A program made the translations under genes and the position numbers. A stretch of DNA of 64,000 bases from the IMG/VR virus record IMGVR_UViG_3300005577_000027, positions 67,452 to 131,451 of that record; one strand, written 5' to 3'. The notes beneath the pieces were generated by a model that was not told the origin of the DNA, made no database searches, and saw only the letters and a list, made by a program, of their open reading frames with translations. Shown piece by piece: positions 43,746-54,803 of the stretch (position 1 is its first letter; every line of letters begins with the position of its first letter). This stretch comes from a virus (taxonomy: Duplodnaviria; Caudoviricetes).

Positions 43746-44158
43746 ATTTCACTTTGTTTATAAGTTTTTTCTACTTTAGAAAGAAATTGATAAGCCCTTT
43801 GTTTACAAGAAAGAATCATTAAAGAATTTAATACTCTAGTAATTCTAAGAAAATTATGATTTCTTAAAGTTAACCAATGAGCGTTAGGGTTATTTAAATC
43901 CAAAAAATTCTCAAAAATATATGAAGAAGTAGTTAAATACGATTGTAATTCATTACTAGCTCGAAAATATTTAATTGTTTCCTCATCAACTAGAGGGGCA
44001 TCTTTATTATATTCTGACACTTTATCTGTAGGAAACATCCATTGAATATAATTATGAGTACGTTCGAAATCTAAATTACTCCAAGTCCACATATCTTTTA
44101 ATGTACGACCAAGATTATCTGTACCAGAATGAGAATAGAATTTAATTATTTGATTCAT
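43697..44158 (-). CDS. OGFr (opioid growth factor receptor) N-terminal-like domain protein
   Basis: HNYIQWMFP, NHNFLRITRVL.SL. Confidence 0.85.
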   Translation of the reverse strand: MNQIIKFYSHSGTDNLGRTLKDMWTWSNLDFERTHNYIQWMFPTDKVSEYNKDAPLVDEETIKYFRASNELQSYLTTSSYIFENFLDLNNPNAHWLTLRNHNFLRITRVLNSLMILSCKQRAYQFLSKVEKTYKQSEICPLSFWNAAVMENKH

Positions 44159-44203
44159 ATATTACGAAATAGTTATAGTGTCTATTAAAACAAAATTTAA
44201 ACA

Positions 44204-44242
44204 TAAAACTCCGGCAGACTATCAAAATCTGCCGGAGTTTAT
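44204..44242. terminator. Intrinsic terminator hairpin
   Basis: AAACTCCGGCAGA-loop-TCTGCCGGAGTTT after ORF 44248..44625. Confidence 0.8.
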
Positions 44243-44247
44243 CTCTA

Positions 44248-44625
44248 TCAAACGGTAGGTTGAGATAGAACCGCTTCTAGCTGAGCCTGCTTCTTTGCTG
44301 CCTTAGTGGCCATAGCCTTTTCTACACGAGCGCGAATCTTTTCTGCACGAGCTTGAAATGCAGCTTCGGCTTTGGCGGTAGCTTCAATATCAAGTTCACG
44401 AACACCACCAAAACGGCCCTTAAAAAGATCCCACGCTTGTTTTGCAGTATTAAAAGTACCATCACTAATAGCTAGACCGATAACTGAAGGGCTTACAGAA
44501 AACCCCTCATACTCTAGCGCCTCGCAAATTTCTTCACGAGTTAGACGCTTTCCATCAGCACAACCAGCAGAAAGAATACTACGAACAGCAGAAACGAATT
44601 TTGAACTAAAGATATGATTTGACAT
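44248..44625 (-). CDS. Ala/Lys-rich hypothetical protein, stand-alone transcription unit
   Basis: Own promoter, AGGA RBS and terminator. Confidence 0.65.
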   Translation of the reverse strand: MSNHIFSSKFVSAVRSILSAGCADGKRLTREEICEALEYEGFSVSPSVIGLAISDGTFNTAKQAWDLFKGRFGGVRELDIEATAKAEAAFQARAEKIRARVEKAMATKAAKKQAQLEAVLSQPTV

Positions 44626-44688
44626 TTTTAATTTTTCCTTTTCTATAAATTCAGAGCGATAATTTTGTTGTTGCCCTGAGATATCTAC

Positions 44689-44717
44689 ATCATAGGTTTT
44701 AAAATTTAAGATGTCAA
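44689..44717 (-). promoter_or_regulatory. sigma70-type promoter
   Basis: TTGACA-N17-TATGAT. Confidence 0.75.
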
Positions 44718-45070
44718 TACTGTCATTATCTTTTTATTTTTAACAGTTTTATTTTTAAATTAGTCTTGTAAAACACCTAATTTTCTAAGGCGTGTAGCAT
44801 CTTTACTCTTAAAAATATGTTCTCGATCATCAATTTTTACGGTAACTGAACCGGTTTCATTTTTAAATTTACCAAAACCTACGTTTTTTCCTTCTTTGAC
44901 CCACGAAACCTTTAATTCTGGACCATTTTTTTCAAAACGTGCTGCGGTCATTAAAAAATAAACTGCTTCTTCAATATCGATCATTTATTTATTCTCTCCT
45001 TAAGAGGTTACACTTTTAAGGAGTGATGAGTTTTACATGACTCGAACAAAAATCTAAAATATAATATAAT

Positions 45071-45547
45071 TCAAAAATCTTCCAATAAAGAATCAGCTTT
45101 TTCTAAGTTACATAAAGCACACATAGTTTTTAAATTATCTAAAATATTTTGCCCACCTTTTGCAGTAGGGATTAAATGATCTTGTGTCATTAAGATAATA
45201 TTTCCATCATTCTTATTAAATTTATCTAAGGCATATAAATTTAAATGAGCAACATTATCTTTAGTCTTTCGATTTAATTTTTTATGTTGTTGTAAATAAA
45301 AGAAAGCACCATTTATTTTGCATTTATAACATTGAATACTTTCTTCAAATACTTTATATCGAAGAACATTCATTTTAACAATATATTTTTTAACATCAAT
45401 TATTCCTTCTTCAGGAAATAATAATTCTTCTACATAAAAAGATCTTTTAGTTGGAGAATGGGTTAATGGTAAAATATCTTCTATTTTGAATTTAGCTAAA
45501 GTATGAAATTGCTTCATAAAATCAATTGCCACAAATATATGTGACAA
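45071..45547 (-). CDS. HNH endonuclease
   Basis: CYKC, TQDHLIPTAKGG.N..DNLKTMCALCNLEK. Confidence 0.85.
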   Translation of the reverse strand: MSHIFVAIDFMKQFHTLAKFKIEDILPLTHSPTKRSFYVEELLFPEEGIIDVKKYIVKMNVLRYKVFEESIQCYKCKINGAFFYLQQHKKLNRKTKDNVAHLNLYALDKFNKNDGNIILMTQDHLIPTAKGGQNILDNLKTMCALCNLEKADSLLEDF

Positions 45548-45554
45548 TATTCAT

Positions 45555-47123
45555 TTAATTTATAATTTGAAATATTAACCATTCTTCATCAGAATTAATA
45601 TCTGGATAATAAATATTATCTAACCAATATTCTTTTTCTCCGTCTTCACCTTCTATCGCAGGACCATCTGTCCTATGACATTTACCATTTTGATACCACC
45701 ACTTTTCTCCATCAGTAAATTCTAATGCAGGACCATCTAGCCTATGATATTTACCATTTTGAAACCAAAATTTATCTCCATTATTATATATTCTAGCAGG
45801 TCCATCTTCTTTATGTAAAAAATTATTATCTTTCCTACGCCATTCTATTTTATCTTCAGATATTTTTTTATAAATTAAATTATTATCTTTTTGAATAAAA
45901 ACTTTCAAATATTTAATTATTTTTTTATACATTTTATTATTTTAATTTATAATTTGAAATATAATCCACTCTTCGTCAGTTTTAATATTTGAATAATATC
46001 TACCATTTAACCAATATTCTTTTCCTCCATTTTCATATTCTACAGCAGGACCATCTGTTCTATGACATAATCCATTTTGATACCACAATTTAGTTCCATC
46101 ATGAAGTTCAACTGCTGAACCACCTATTCTATGATATTTACCATTTTGAAACCAAAATTTATTTCCATTATAGAATTCTATAGCAGGCCCGTCTTCTCTA
46201 TGAAAAGTATGTGTATCTTCTTTATACCAACGGGTAGTTCCACATACATCTTTTTCAGAATATACTTTAGTCATATTAATTTATAATTTGAAATATAATC
46301 CATTCTTCATTAGTTTTTATATTTGAATAATGTTTATTATTTAACCAATATTCTTTATCTCCGTCTTCATATTCTAAAGCCGGACCTTCTGTCCTATGAA
46401 GTTTTCCATTAATAATCCACCATTTACTTCCATTAAAATGATTTATAGCTGGACCATCTATTCTATGTAATTCTCCATTTTGATACCAAACTTTATCACC
46501 ATTTAAGTATTCTACAGCTGGACCATCATCTCTGTGGAGAAGATATGTGCCTTCTTTATACCAACGAATATTTCCATATTCATCCATTTTAGAATATACT
46601 TTTGTCATATTAATTTATAATTTGAAATATTACCCACTCCTCGTTAGTTTTAATATTTGGATAACATTCATCATTTAAATAATAATATTTATTTCCATTT
46701 TCATATTCTATAGCAGGACCATCTTCCCTATGACGTTGACCGTTTTGATACCAAAATTTATTACCAACAATATCTTCTACTGCAGGGCCATCTACTCTAT
46801 GACATAATCCATTTTGATACCATTCTTTAGTTCCAGAATCCCATTCTACTGCAGGTCCATCTTCTTTATGCCAAAGATCAGTATCTTTTCTACACCACAC
46901 TGTTCGTCCGGGAAATCTTGTTTTATATAGCTCAGTCATATTAATTAACTATTTGAAATATTAACCACTCTTCATCAGTTCTAATATCTATATACCATTT
47001 ACCATTTAACCAATATTCCTTATGTCTATCAAAACGTTCTACTGCCGGACCATCCGTTCCGTGAAGTAAGTCATTTTTAAAATAAAATTTATCACCCCAA
47101 GTATTTTTTACCACGTGAATCAT
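45555..47123 (-). repeat. Cluster 3 of HREDGPA paralogs (45555..45932, 45942..46274, 46276..46608, 46610..46939, 46941..47123)
   Basis: Five tandem ORFs, mostly TAA-N-ATG junctions, same tail. Confidence 0.9.
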
Positions 47124-47806
47124 TCACAATAAATTGCAATTATTTTAGGAAATTTTAATTTTACTGCTGTAGCATATCTATGGTACCCATCAATTAATCT
47201 AAATTTATTTCCGATTTTTTGACAAATACATCCTAAATTAACTGAATATTCTTCAAGAGGATCACAAATATTTATTTTCGTTTCATTTAAATATTTTTCT
47301 AAAACTTCATCAGATGTATGTCTCATAATACTGCCAGCAATAATATCTTCAGTATTAATTATATTAAATTTCCATGATTTATTTTTCAATTCATCTAAAA
47401 TAAATTTATATTCTAATTTCAGAATATCTTCTACAATAAATGAATCAGAAACAGAATCGTCATTTAATGTATTAATAAATTCTTTTAATTTAATAAATAC
47501 ATCATTTACCACTTCAACTGCAGGCTCATCTCCATAATAACCAGATTTAGCTCGAAAATTAAATGAATCTTTATTAAATGTTTTTCTAATAAATCTTTCT
47601 AAACAATAATCTCTAACAGATTCAATTTTATCAGAATTATTACATCCCAAATAAATATCCCAATATCTAACTTCTTCAATCCATCCTTTGTCAATATAAG
47701 TAATATTGCCATAATAATTATCATAATTTTGAGTATGTGAAGAATAATCACATGTAGCGCAATAGGACAAATATGATTCTTCGATTTTATATTTTACATT
47801 AGACAT
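47120..47806 (-). CDS. ParB/Srx-like domain protein
   Basis: C-terminal LIDGYHRY.TA. Confidence 0.6.
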   Translation of the reverse strand: MSNVKYKIEESYLSYCATCDYSSHTQNYDNYYGNITYIDKGWIEEVRYWDIYLGCNNSDKIESVRDYCLERFIRKTFNKDSFNFRAKSGYYGDEPAVEVVNDVFIKLKEFINTLNDDSVSDSFIVEDILKLEYKFILDELKNKSWKFNIINTEDIIAGSIMRHTSDEVLEKYLNETKINICDPLEEYSVNLGCICQKIGNKFRLIDGYHRYATAVKLKFPKIIAIYCE

Positions 47807-48418
47807 TTATTCTAACCTTAGCATATCATGTTCTTTTAACGTAATTTTTTGAACAACCATTCGTTCAAACTTTCCCGGCTCAAGTTTAAATTGCCCAAAT
47901 TTTCTCAATGGCAAAAGTTTTCGAAGATCATTTTTAGCCAATGTTTTAAGACTATGATTTACTTTTTTATAAACCGTAGGGCAATGAACGATTTTATTTA
48001 ATCTAAAAACATTAGTTAAATGTAATACATCTTGCTCTCTGTGAATTTTTACACCAGGAATTAATTTCCCATATCGATCTGTTACTGAATCATAAGCGTG
48101 AGCACTAGTAGCTAATGGATTATTTCCTGTACCATGTGTCAAAGTAACAACCAAACTATCAATTAATTCTTCTAATGCTTCTTGAAGATGAAGGATACTA
48201 TATTTCTTTTCAGTTAAATTTTGCTTAGAAATATCAAAATTTTTCAATATTTCTAATGAGCGCTTTACTGCATTTTCATAACTAATTCGCCAACAAAGAG
48301 AATGAGTTGATAATTCTCCATCATTGTTTTTATAATTATGGATAACAATAAATTGAGCATTAGTGTCAATTTGATTAAAAATCTTAGTAGCTTTGCAAAT
48401 AAATTCTTGTTTTGCCAT
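47807..48418 (-). CDS. Hypothetical protein
   Basis: 203-aa ORF. Confidence 0.55.
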   Translation of the reverse strand: MAKQEFICKATKIFNQIDTNAQFIVIHNYKNNDGELSTHSLCWRISYENAVKRSLEILKNFDISKQNLTEKKYSILHLQEALEELIDSLVVTLTHGTGNNPLATSAHAYDSVTDRYGKLIPGVKIHREQDVLHLTNVFRLNKIVHCPTVYKKVNHSLKTLAKNDLRKLLPLRKFGQFKLEPGKFERMVVQKITLKEHDMLRLE

Positions 48419-48427
48419 AGGTGTATT

Positions 48428-48868
48428 TTAAGCACTTATTGCTAATTTGTCAATATTAATTTCTTTAGAGGCAGTAAATTGAAAATCAACGTTTGGATAA
48501 TTTAATTTAATTTTTTGAAATAAATTAAATCCACTTACACTTTCAATGTGGCCAAATATGCATTTTGGTTTTTCTAAAAGAAAAACCCTTTTCCAAAGTT
48601 CAAATGCTAAACCTTGCCCTCTATATTCTGGAATTATATAAGTTCCAGCTTCATATAAATTTCGTTTATCGTTTCCACGATCATAACGAAAAAAACCGAT
48701 AAGATTTTCGTTTTTAGAACAAACGATTATTTTATCGGCGTATTCTACTTTCCAACGAATGAAACACTCAATTATATCTGAAGAAATATAATTTGAATAA
48801 TTTTTAATATTATTCGCTGAAAATGTTAAAATATTATTTGGATGATTATAAATATTATAATGTAGCAT
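48428..48868 (-). CDS. GNAT acetyltransferase
   Basis: YIIPEYRGQGLA acetyl-CoA motif. Confidence 0.8.
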   Translation of the reverse strand: MLHYNIYNHPNNILTFSANNIKNYSNYISSDIIECFIRWKVEYADKIIVCSKNENLIGFFRYDRGNDKRNLYEAGTYIIPEYRGQGLAFELWKRVFLLEKPKCIFGHIESVSGFNLFQKIKLNYPNVDFQFTASKEINIDKLAISA

Positions 48869-48921
48869 AAATATGCTGGGTTATATATTTATATAACCCA
48901 GCCTTAAATATAAGAGAAATA

Positions 48922-49479
48922 TTATTCAAATCGCTCAGATTCTTGAACCGGAGAAATTTTATTGGAGTAAATTAAATCAGACAAGTCAATAAAATTAATT
49001 TTTGTCTGCTGTAAAGGTCGCCACCATCGTCTATCCATAGCATCATTAAAAAATGATAATGTTACTTTGACAAATTCTGTAGCTAATTTAAGTGGTTGAA
49101 GTAACTCAATTGAATCAGATACTACAACAATTTCATCATACTCCGATGTTGCTTCTCCAATATTATAAGCAATTGGTACATCAAATCGATAATCTGTATT
49201 GGGACTCGTAGAATTTGTCCGTCGAATTTCTGATGGTCGCTTGGTAATAACATTCCAACCAAAATTAGCTTCAAGCATTTTTACAAAGTCAACTTGAGAT
49301 TCATTTTCAGGATGGAAAAGTGTATACCAATTTTTACATGCCAAATTTGTCACATTGGAATATTTTTTAATAGCCAGATCAAGTAAATTGTAATTTATAT
49401 TTTTATTAAATGAAGCCCTTGCAGCATAGAGAGCAGTCAAGTCACCATATACAGCTACTTTTTTATTTGTTTTGTGCAT
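48922..49479 (-). CDS. NYN/LabA (PIN-like) domain protein
   Basis: VAVYGD, FDV.IA, IVVVSDS, FIDLSD. Confidence 0.6.
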   Translation of the reverse strand: MHKTNKKVAVYGDLTALYAARASFNKNINYNLLDLAIKKYSNVTNLACKNWYTLFHPENESQVDFVKMLEANFGWNVITKRPSEIRRTNSTSPNTDYRFDVPIAYNIGEATSEYDEIVVVSDSIELLQPLKLATEFVKVTLSFFNDAMDRRWWRPLQQTKINFIDLSDLIYSNKISPVQESERFE

Positions 49480-49511
49480 TTTTGTTTCCTATAATTTCCC
49501 GATACGTTTCG

Positions 49512-49540
49512 ATTATATGTCTAAGTTTATGATCTGTCAA
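49512..49540 (-). promoter_or_regulatory. Consensus sigma70 promoter
   Basis: TTGACA-N17-TATAAT. Confidence 0.85.
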
Positions 49541-49941
49541 GGTTTTATTATTTATTTTTTTTCTGATTTCACAAAAATTAATGGTCCTAAAAATATAAGA
49601 AAAGCTAAGATAAGTATAGCTATATTAAATATAATCATTTTATGTAATAATTATTAGAATCTAAATTGTCAATATTTCCGATATTAAAAATCATTCCATC
49701 GTCAAATTTTGAAATTATTCCGTCTTTATTAATTGAATAATATAAACGAATTCCGATAGTGCTATAATCAGTAATAGAAATACTGTAGCCGTTGATTGCT
49801 GGAATAATATATAAAATATTATTCTTTTTTGTTCGTGAAAAAGCAGTATGTAAGCTATAAATTAATTCATTTGACATTTTATTTTAACTATTGGTAATAA
49901 TTACGTATTATTTTAAACGTTTTTAATTTTAGGAGATTTCC

Positions 49942-50283
49942 ATGCCGAGTGATATGATGAAGGTTCAACCAGATTTAGGTACTGTTTTCGCTAATTTAAA
50001 TGCAGCTGGAGTAGAAGGTGCAATTAAGGATTATTGTTTAGCACGTTTAAATGGAGATACTGTTGCTCCAGAATTAGCCAAGGCAGCTTTTATGCAAGCT
50101 AAAAAATTAGTTGATGCTGGTCTAGCTTCTGGCGATTCTGATATTTCCATTGGTGCTGGAAAAACTGTATCTTTAGATTTACTGCAAGAATTAATTAAAG
50201 ATATAAATCAATATGCTAAATTTGCCGCTTCACGTGAAAAAATGTTAAAGCTTGCTGCTAAATTTGAAAAATTATTAAAGTAA
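49942..50283 (+). CDS. Hypothetical protein
   Basis: AGGAGA RBS, Ala-rich, followed by a hairpin at 50306-50340. Confidence 0.7.
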   Translation: MPSDMMKVQPDLGTVFANLNAAGVEGAIKDYCLARLNGDTVAPELAKAAFMQAKKLVDAGLASGDSDISIGAGKTVSLDLLQELIKDINQYAKFAASREKMLKLAAKFEKLLK

Positions 50284-50341
50284 TATTTTTACTATTAATT
50301 AGATTAAAATACAATTATATTTAAATATAATTGTATTTTTT

Positions 50342-50731
50342 TTATTCATATTTAACTTCATTAAAAATGCAGCATTGTAAAAATACATCTCCAGTAATTG
50401 CGTCAGTATTTTCTTCTAAAATACGAGAAAATTGGCGCGGACTAATTTTTGCCATAATTTCCAATCCATTTTTAATTTTATTTAAATTTAAATAATATGT
50501 TTTATTATCTTCTTTATCACGAATTTTAATTTTTCCACCCTTAAATAAAACTGCATGAATATAATTATAACTGTGACACCATTGGGGTAGTTCTTCAAAA
50601 TTAACTTTAAATGTATTATCAGTTATAGATTCAATATATTCAGCCCAATAATGAGAACCACAACTACTTTCAAAAGCCGAACATAGAAGATTTGCAATAC
50701 TACCCTTATCGATATTTAATTTAATTTTCAT
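50342..50731 (-). CDS. Hypothetical phage protein
   Basis: Downstream of TTGACA-N17-TATATT (50759..50787). Confidence 0.6.
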   Translation of the reverse strand: MKIKLNIDKGSIANLLCSAFESSCGSHYWAEYIESITDNTFKVNFEELPQWCHSYNYIHAVLFKGGKIKIRDKEDNKTYYLNLNKIKNGLEIMAKISPRQFSRILEENTDAITGDVFLQCCIFNEVKYE

Positions 50732-50793
50732 TTAAGTATTCTTTCGTTCTTCAATTTAAATATAAGTCTTAACTAGTATAATGTCAACTATTT

Positions 50794-52178
50794 TTAATTT
50801 ATAATTTGAAATATAATCCACTCTTCATCAGCTTTAATATTCGGGTAACGTTTATCATACAACCAATATTCTTTATCACCATTCCAATACTCTACAGCCG
50901 GACCATCTACTCTATGCAATTCCCCGTTTTGATACCAATGTTTAGTTCCATTATTCCATTCTATTGCAGGACCATCTTCTCTATGACGAACATCAGTTTC
51001 TTCTTTATACCAGGAAATATGACCTCCAGATATTTTTTTATATATATTATCCATATTAATTAATTATCTGAAATATTAACCATTTTTCATCACTATTTAT
51101 ATTTTCATAATATTTATTATTTAACCAATATTCTTTATATTTATCATAATATGCTATAGCTGGCCCATCAGTTCTATGAATTTTACCATTTTGATACCAA
51201 AATTTAGTTCCATCAGTATATTCTACAGCTGGGCCGTCGTCTCTATGAAGAATTTCAGTCTCTTTTTTATACTAATGAATGGTTTCATATTTATCCTTTT
51301 TTGAAAAAACTTTCGTCATTTTAATTAATTATTTGAAATATAATCCATTCTTCATTAGTTTTTATATTTGGATAACGTTTATTATTTAACCAATATTCTT
51401 TTCTTCCGTCTTCATACTCTATAGCTGGACCATCCGTTCGATGAAGCTCACCATTTTGGTGCCATTCTTTAGCTCCACTGTCATGTTCTATAGCAGGACC
51501 ATCTGCTCTATGGCATAATCCATTTTGATACCAACATTTACTTCCATTAGAATATTCTACAGCTGGACCATTTATTCCATGAAGAATATATGTTCCTTCT
51601 TTATACCAACAAATATTTCCATGTTCATCTATTTGAGAATAAACTTTAGTCATTTTAATTTATTATTTGAAATATTAACCATTCTTCATCATTTTTTATA
51701 TTTCTATACGCCTTATTATATAACCAATATTCTTTTTCACCATTCCAATATTCTACAGCTGGACCATCTATTCTATGTAATTTTCCGTTTTGATACCAAT
51801 ATTTGGTTCCATGATTCCACTCTATAGCTGGACCATCTTCTCTATGAAGAATATCTGTACCTTCTTGGTACCAAGCAATATGATTCATACATATTTTTTT
51901 TATATATATTATTCATATTAATTAATTATCTGAAATATTAACCATTCTTTATCAGTTTTAATATCTGGGTATGATTTATCATTTAACCAATATTCTTTTC
52001 CACGCATATATTCTACGGCAGGACCATCAATTCTATGGCGTCTTCCATTTTGAAACCAAAATTTACTTCCATCAATATATTCTACTGCTGGACCATCATC
52101 TTTATGAAGAATATATGTACCTTCTTTGTACCAATAAGTAGTTCCATATTCATCTGTTATAAAATATACTTTAATCAT
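50794..52178 (-). repeat. Cluster 4 of HREDGPA paralogs (50794..51054, 51056..51319, 51321..51653, 51655..51916, 51918..52178)
   Basis: Five tandem members; one has an internal TAG, one a frameshift in an A8 run near 51894-51901. Confidence 0.9.
51056..51319 (-). pseudogene. HREDGPA paralog interrupted by in-frame TAG
   Basis: MTKVFSKKDKYETIH-TAG(51272-51274)[15 protein letters not shown] ... [10 protein letters not shown]. Confidence 0.85.
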
Positions 52179-52205
52179 TAAAAATTAAGAATTAAGAATT
52201 AAGAA

Positions 52206-53192
52206 TTAAGAACTATATGCTATCTGAAATCGTACATTAGAAAATTGATTACAATTCAAAATTGCATCACCTTTACCCATTAAATGTTCAGCTCCACTTT
52301 GATCAATAATTACCTTTGAATCAATAACCGAACTAACTTTACAAGCAACTCTAGCAGGAAAATTAGCTTTAATTAATCCCGTTAAAACATCAACGCTAGG
52401 TCTTTGGGTAGCTAATACCATATGACAACCTACAGCCCTACTCTTCTGAGAGATTTTAATTAAAAGCTCCTCAAACTGTCCGTTATCATCTTGTAACATT
52501 AAATCAGATACTTCATCAATAATTACCATAATTTTAGGCACAACAAAAGGACTTTCATTTAAACTTTTAATACCTAATATTCTAAATAAATTATATCGTT
52601 CTTCAATTTCTTCAGCTAATAATTTCAACATTTTAATAACACCATTATAATTATATACAATGGAATTACAATCTCTTACATATTTTCCAAACTCTACTCC
52701 ATTTTTAGGATCAACCAAATAAAGCATTACATCATTACGCTTTTTAATGTTTGCAATTAATGTATGAAGAAATACACTTTTACCAGAACCTGTAGTACCA
52801 GCAACCAACATATGAGGATTAGTTGCCATATCCAACCATATAGGTTCTCCAGTAGCCTGCTCTCCCAATAAAAATGTTAATAATCCATCAGGTCTACTAT
52901 TAATGCTTCGCTCATATAATTCATCAAAATTTATCATATCAGCAGTTCTGGTAGCTACCTGAAGCCTAACTATTCCACTACCGGAAATAGTAGTAACAAT
53001 GGGAATTGTCAAACTCCGTAAAGCTAAACCAATTTCACGAGCATTAGCTTCAATCTTTTTAATAGATTGCCCAGGATCTAGTTCAATATCATATAATTTA
53101 TAATGACGATGCTCTTTAACATCTTTACAATGTCCGCGAATTTTAAATGATTTTAGAATCGAATCAATCACATTTTTATCATAAGTATTCAT
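52206..53192 (-). CDS. FtsK/SpoIIIE-family ATPase
   Basis: PHMLVAGTTGSGKS, VDPK, IIDEVSDL, LATQRPS, GAEHLMGKGD. Confidence 0.92.
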   Translation of the reverse strand: MNTYDKNVIDSILKSFKIRGHCKDVKEHRHYKLYDIELDPGQSIKKIEANAREIGLALRSLTIPIVTTISGSGIVRLQVATRTADMINFDELYERSINSRPDGLLTFLLGEQATGEPIWLDMATNPHMLVAGTTGSGKSVFLHTLIANIKKRNDVMLYLVDPKNGVEFGKYVRDCNSIVYNYNGVIKMLKLLAEEIEERYNLFRILGIKSLNESPFVVPKIMVIIDEVSDLMLQDDNGQFEELLIKISQKSRAVGCHMVLATQRPSVDVLTGLIKANFPARVACKVSSVIDSKVIIDQSGAEHLMGKGDAILNCNQFSNVRFQIAYSS

Positions 53193-53257
53193 AATTAAAA
53201 TGTCAACTTTGTGAAATAATTAAATATTCTCACATTTAAATTAAAGTAATACTGTAA

Positions 53258-54184
53258 TTATATATTTATATTCATTAATTGTGTTCCTAATTTTTTGAGA
53301 AAATTAGAACCGTATGTATTATTTTCTAAATCATTTTCCATAAATTGCGGTAATATTTCATCTTGATACCTAGAAGAAGCAATTCCCCAAGCTATAGAAG
53401 CTACTGAATCTGTATCTCCTCCCCAATTAATAATTCTTTTCATCATGCCTATTAAGCTATTTTCTTCAATTAATAAAGTATTGACAGCATGAGCAGTATT
53501 TATTCCTATTCCTAAATTTTTTGGATCATTTTTATTTTTATGAACAATTCCATTCCAAGGCAATAAAAAATTATATTTAAATAAATTCCAATCAATAAAT
53601 AATTTATAATCACTTATCCATTCATTTAAATATTTAAAAGAATCATTTTTATATAAAGAAAAGTGGCTCATTAATCCGACTAATATGGATGATTGAATCG
53701 CATTATTTGTATTATGAGTTGTAGCCGCTTGAATTTTAGCTATATTAATTATATCTAATGGATTTTTAATAATCCCTAATGGCACAGATCTCATAGCGGC
53801 TCCATTACTATTTGAATCTGTATTAATTAATTTCTTTAATTCATTTACCGAATTAGCTTTTTCCAGAATGCTTTGAAAATTTCTAGAATACCCATCTCTT
53901 TCGTCTCGTTTAAAACAAGATAAAAATGAATACAAAAAATCATCAGAATTAACGTTTGTTCCTTTATTTATTAAAACTTCAGAAATTGCTATAGATTGCT
54001 GAGTATCATCTGTATAATAACCAGGAAGTAATTTATTATACTTAGGATGTTGTAAATATGACTTAAAATTTAATGCTTCAATAAACAAATCTTGATATTT
54101 TAATTGATCAATATATTCTACACAAATAGCATATGCATCAGCTTGAGCAATTCGTAAAAGAATATTATTGTTTTTATTTATCAT
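53258..54184 (-). CDS. ADP-ribosylglycohydrolase (DraG/ARH family)
   Basis: YTDDTQ, SNGAAMR, TTH, GGDTDS. Confidence 0.9.
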   Translation of the reverse strand: MINKNNNILLRIAQADAYAICVEYIDQLKYQDLFIEALNFKSYLQHPKYNKLLPGYYTDDTQQSIAISEVLINKGTNVNSDDFLYSFLSCFKRDERDGYSRNFQSILEKANSVNELKKLINTDSNSNGAAMRSVPLGIIKNPLDIINIAKIQAATTHNTNNAIQSSILVGLMSHFSLYKNDSFKYLNEWISDYKLFIDWNLFKYNFLLPWNGIVHKNKNDPKNLGIGINTAHAVNTLLIEENSLIGMMKRIINWGGDTDSVASIAWGIASSRYQDEILPQFMENDLENNTYGSNFLKKLGTQLMNINI

Positions 54185-54750
54185 TTAAGAGTATATCCGC
54201 CATTTCTTCCACGAATTCCAATCAATTCATTATGAAGCACGGCGTCATTTAATTGAACTTTAATATATTTTGTAAATTTACTTATTTCATTATAATTAAT
54301 TATTAGATCTTTTAAAGCTATATTTGTAATTTGTGTTACACTTATAATATAACTTTTATTATAATTAAGTTTATTGTGTTTTAAAAATTTAATAATATAG
54401 TCAACTATAGTTACACATTTAGTTGAAATTAGAAAATTATAATTAATATGTTTAAATGATAAATATCTATAATTTTCATTATATGAATCTTCTTCATTAT
54501 ATGAATCTTCTTCATTATATAAATCTTCTTCATTTACATTTTTTGATGAATTTTTTTTATTATTTGAATTTGATTCCTTGGGTTTAAAATCGTTTGAATT
54601 AATAATTGTATTTTTAATAGATGAAAGTAAATTATGATGTTTAATCATTTTTACAAATAAAACTGAAGCGTTTCTTACTTCATTTATATCAGAATTATTT
54701 ATTGCTAAATTAAATAATGCTTCTAATCTTGAAAATTCTTTATCATTCAT
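54181..54750 (-). CDS. Hypothetical protein with NEEDSY tandem repeat
   Basis: 18-nt unit about x3 at ~54475-54534. Confidence 0.55.
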   Translation of the reverse strand: MNDKEFSRLEALFNLAINNSDINEVRNASVLFVKMIKHHNLLSSIKNTIINSNDFKPKESNSNNKKNSSKNVNEEDLYNEEDSYNEEDSYNENYRYLSFKHINYNFLISTKCVTIVDYIIKFLKHNKLNYNKSYIISVTQITNIALKDLIINYNEISKFTKYIKVQLNDAVLHNELIGIRGRNGGYTLK

Positions 54751-54759
54751 AATGAATTT

Positions 54760-54788
54760 ATTATAAATTAATAATATTTAATTGTCAA
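54760..54788 (-). promoter_or_regulatory. Consensus sigma70 promoter
   Basis: TTGACA-N17-TATAAT. Confidence 0.85.
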
Positions 54789-54803
54789 CTCTTAGCGATT
54801 TTT

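Noticed and set aside
45555-47123. Diversity-generating retroelement or second CRISPR array behind the repeated DNA
   Set aside because: Repeats are protein-coding; no reverse transcriptase or adenine-specific template/variable repeat pair seen
52184-52212. ATTAAGA x4 microsatellite at the ftsK 3' end
   Set aside because: Simple slippage repeat with no evident function
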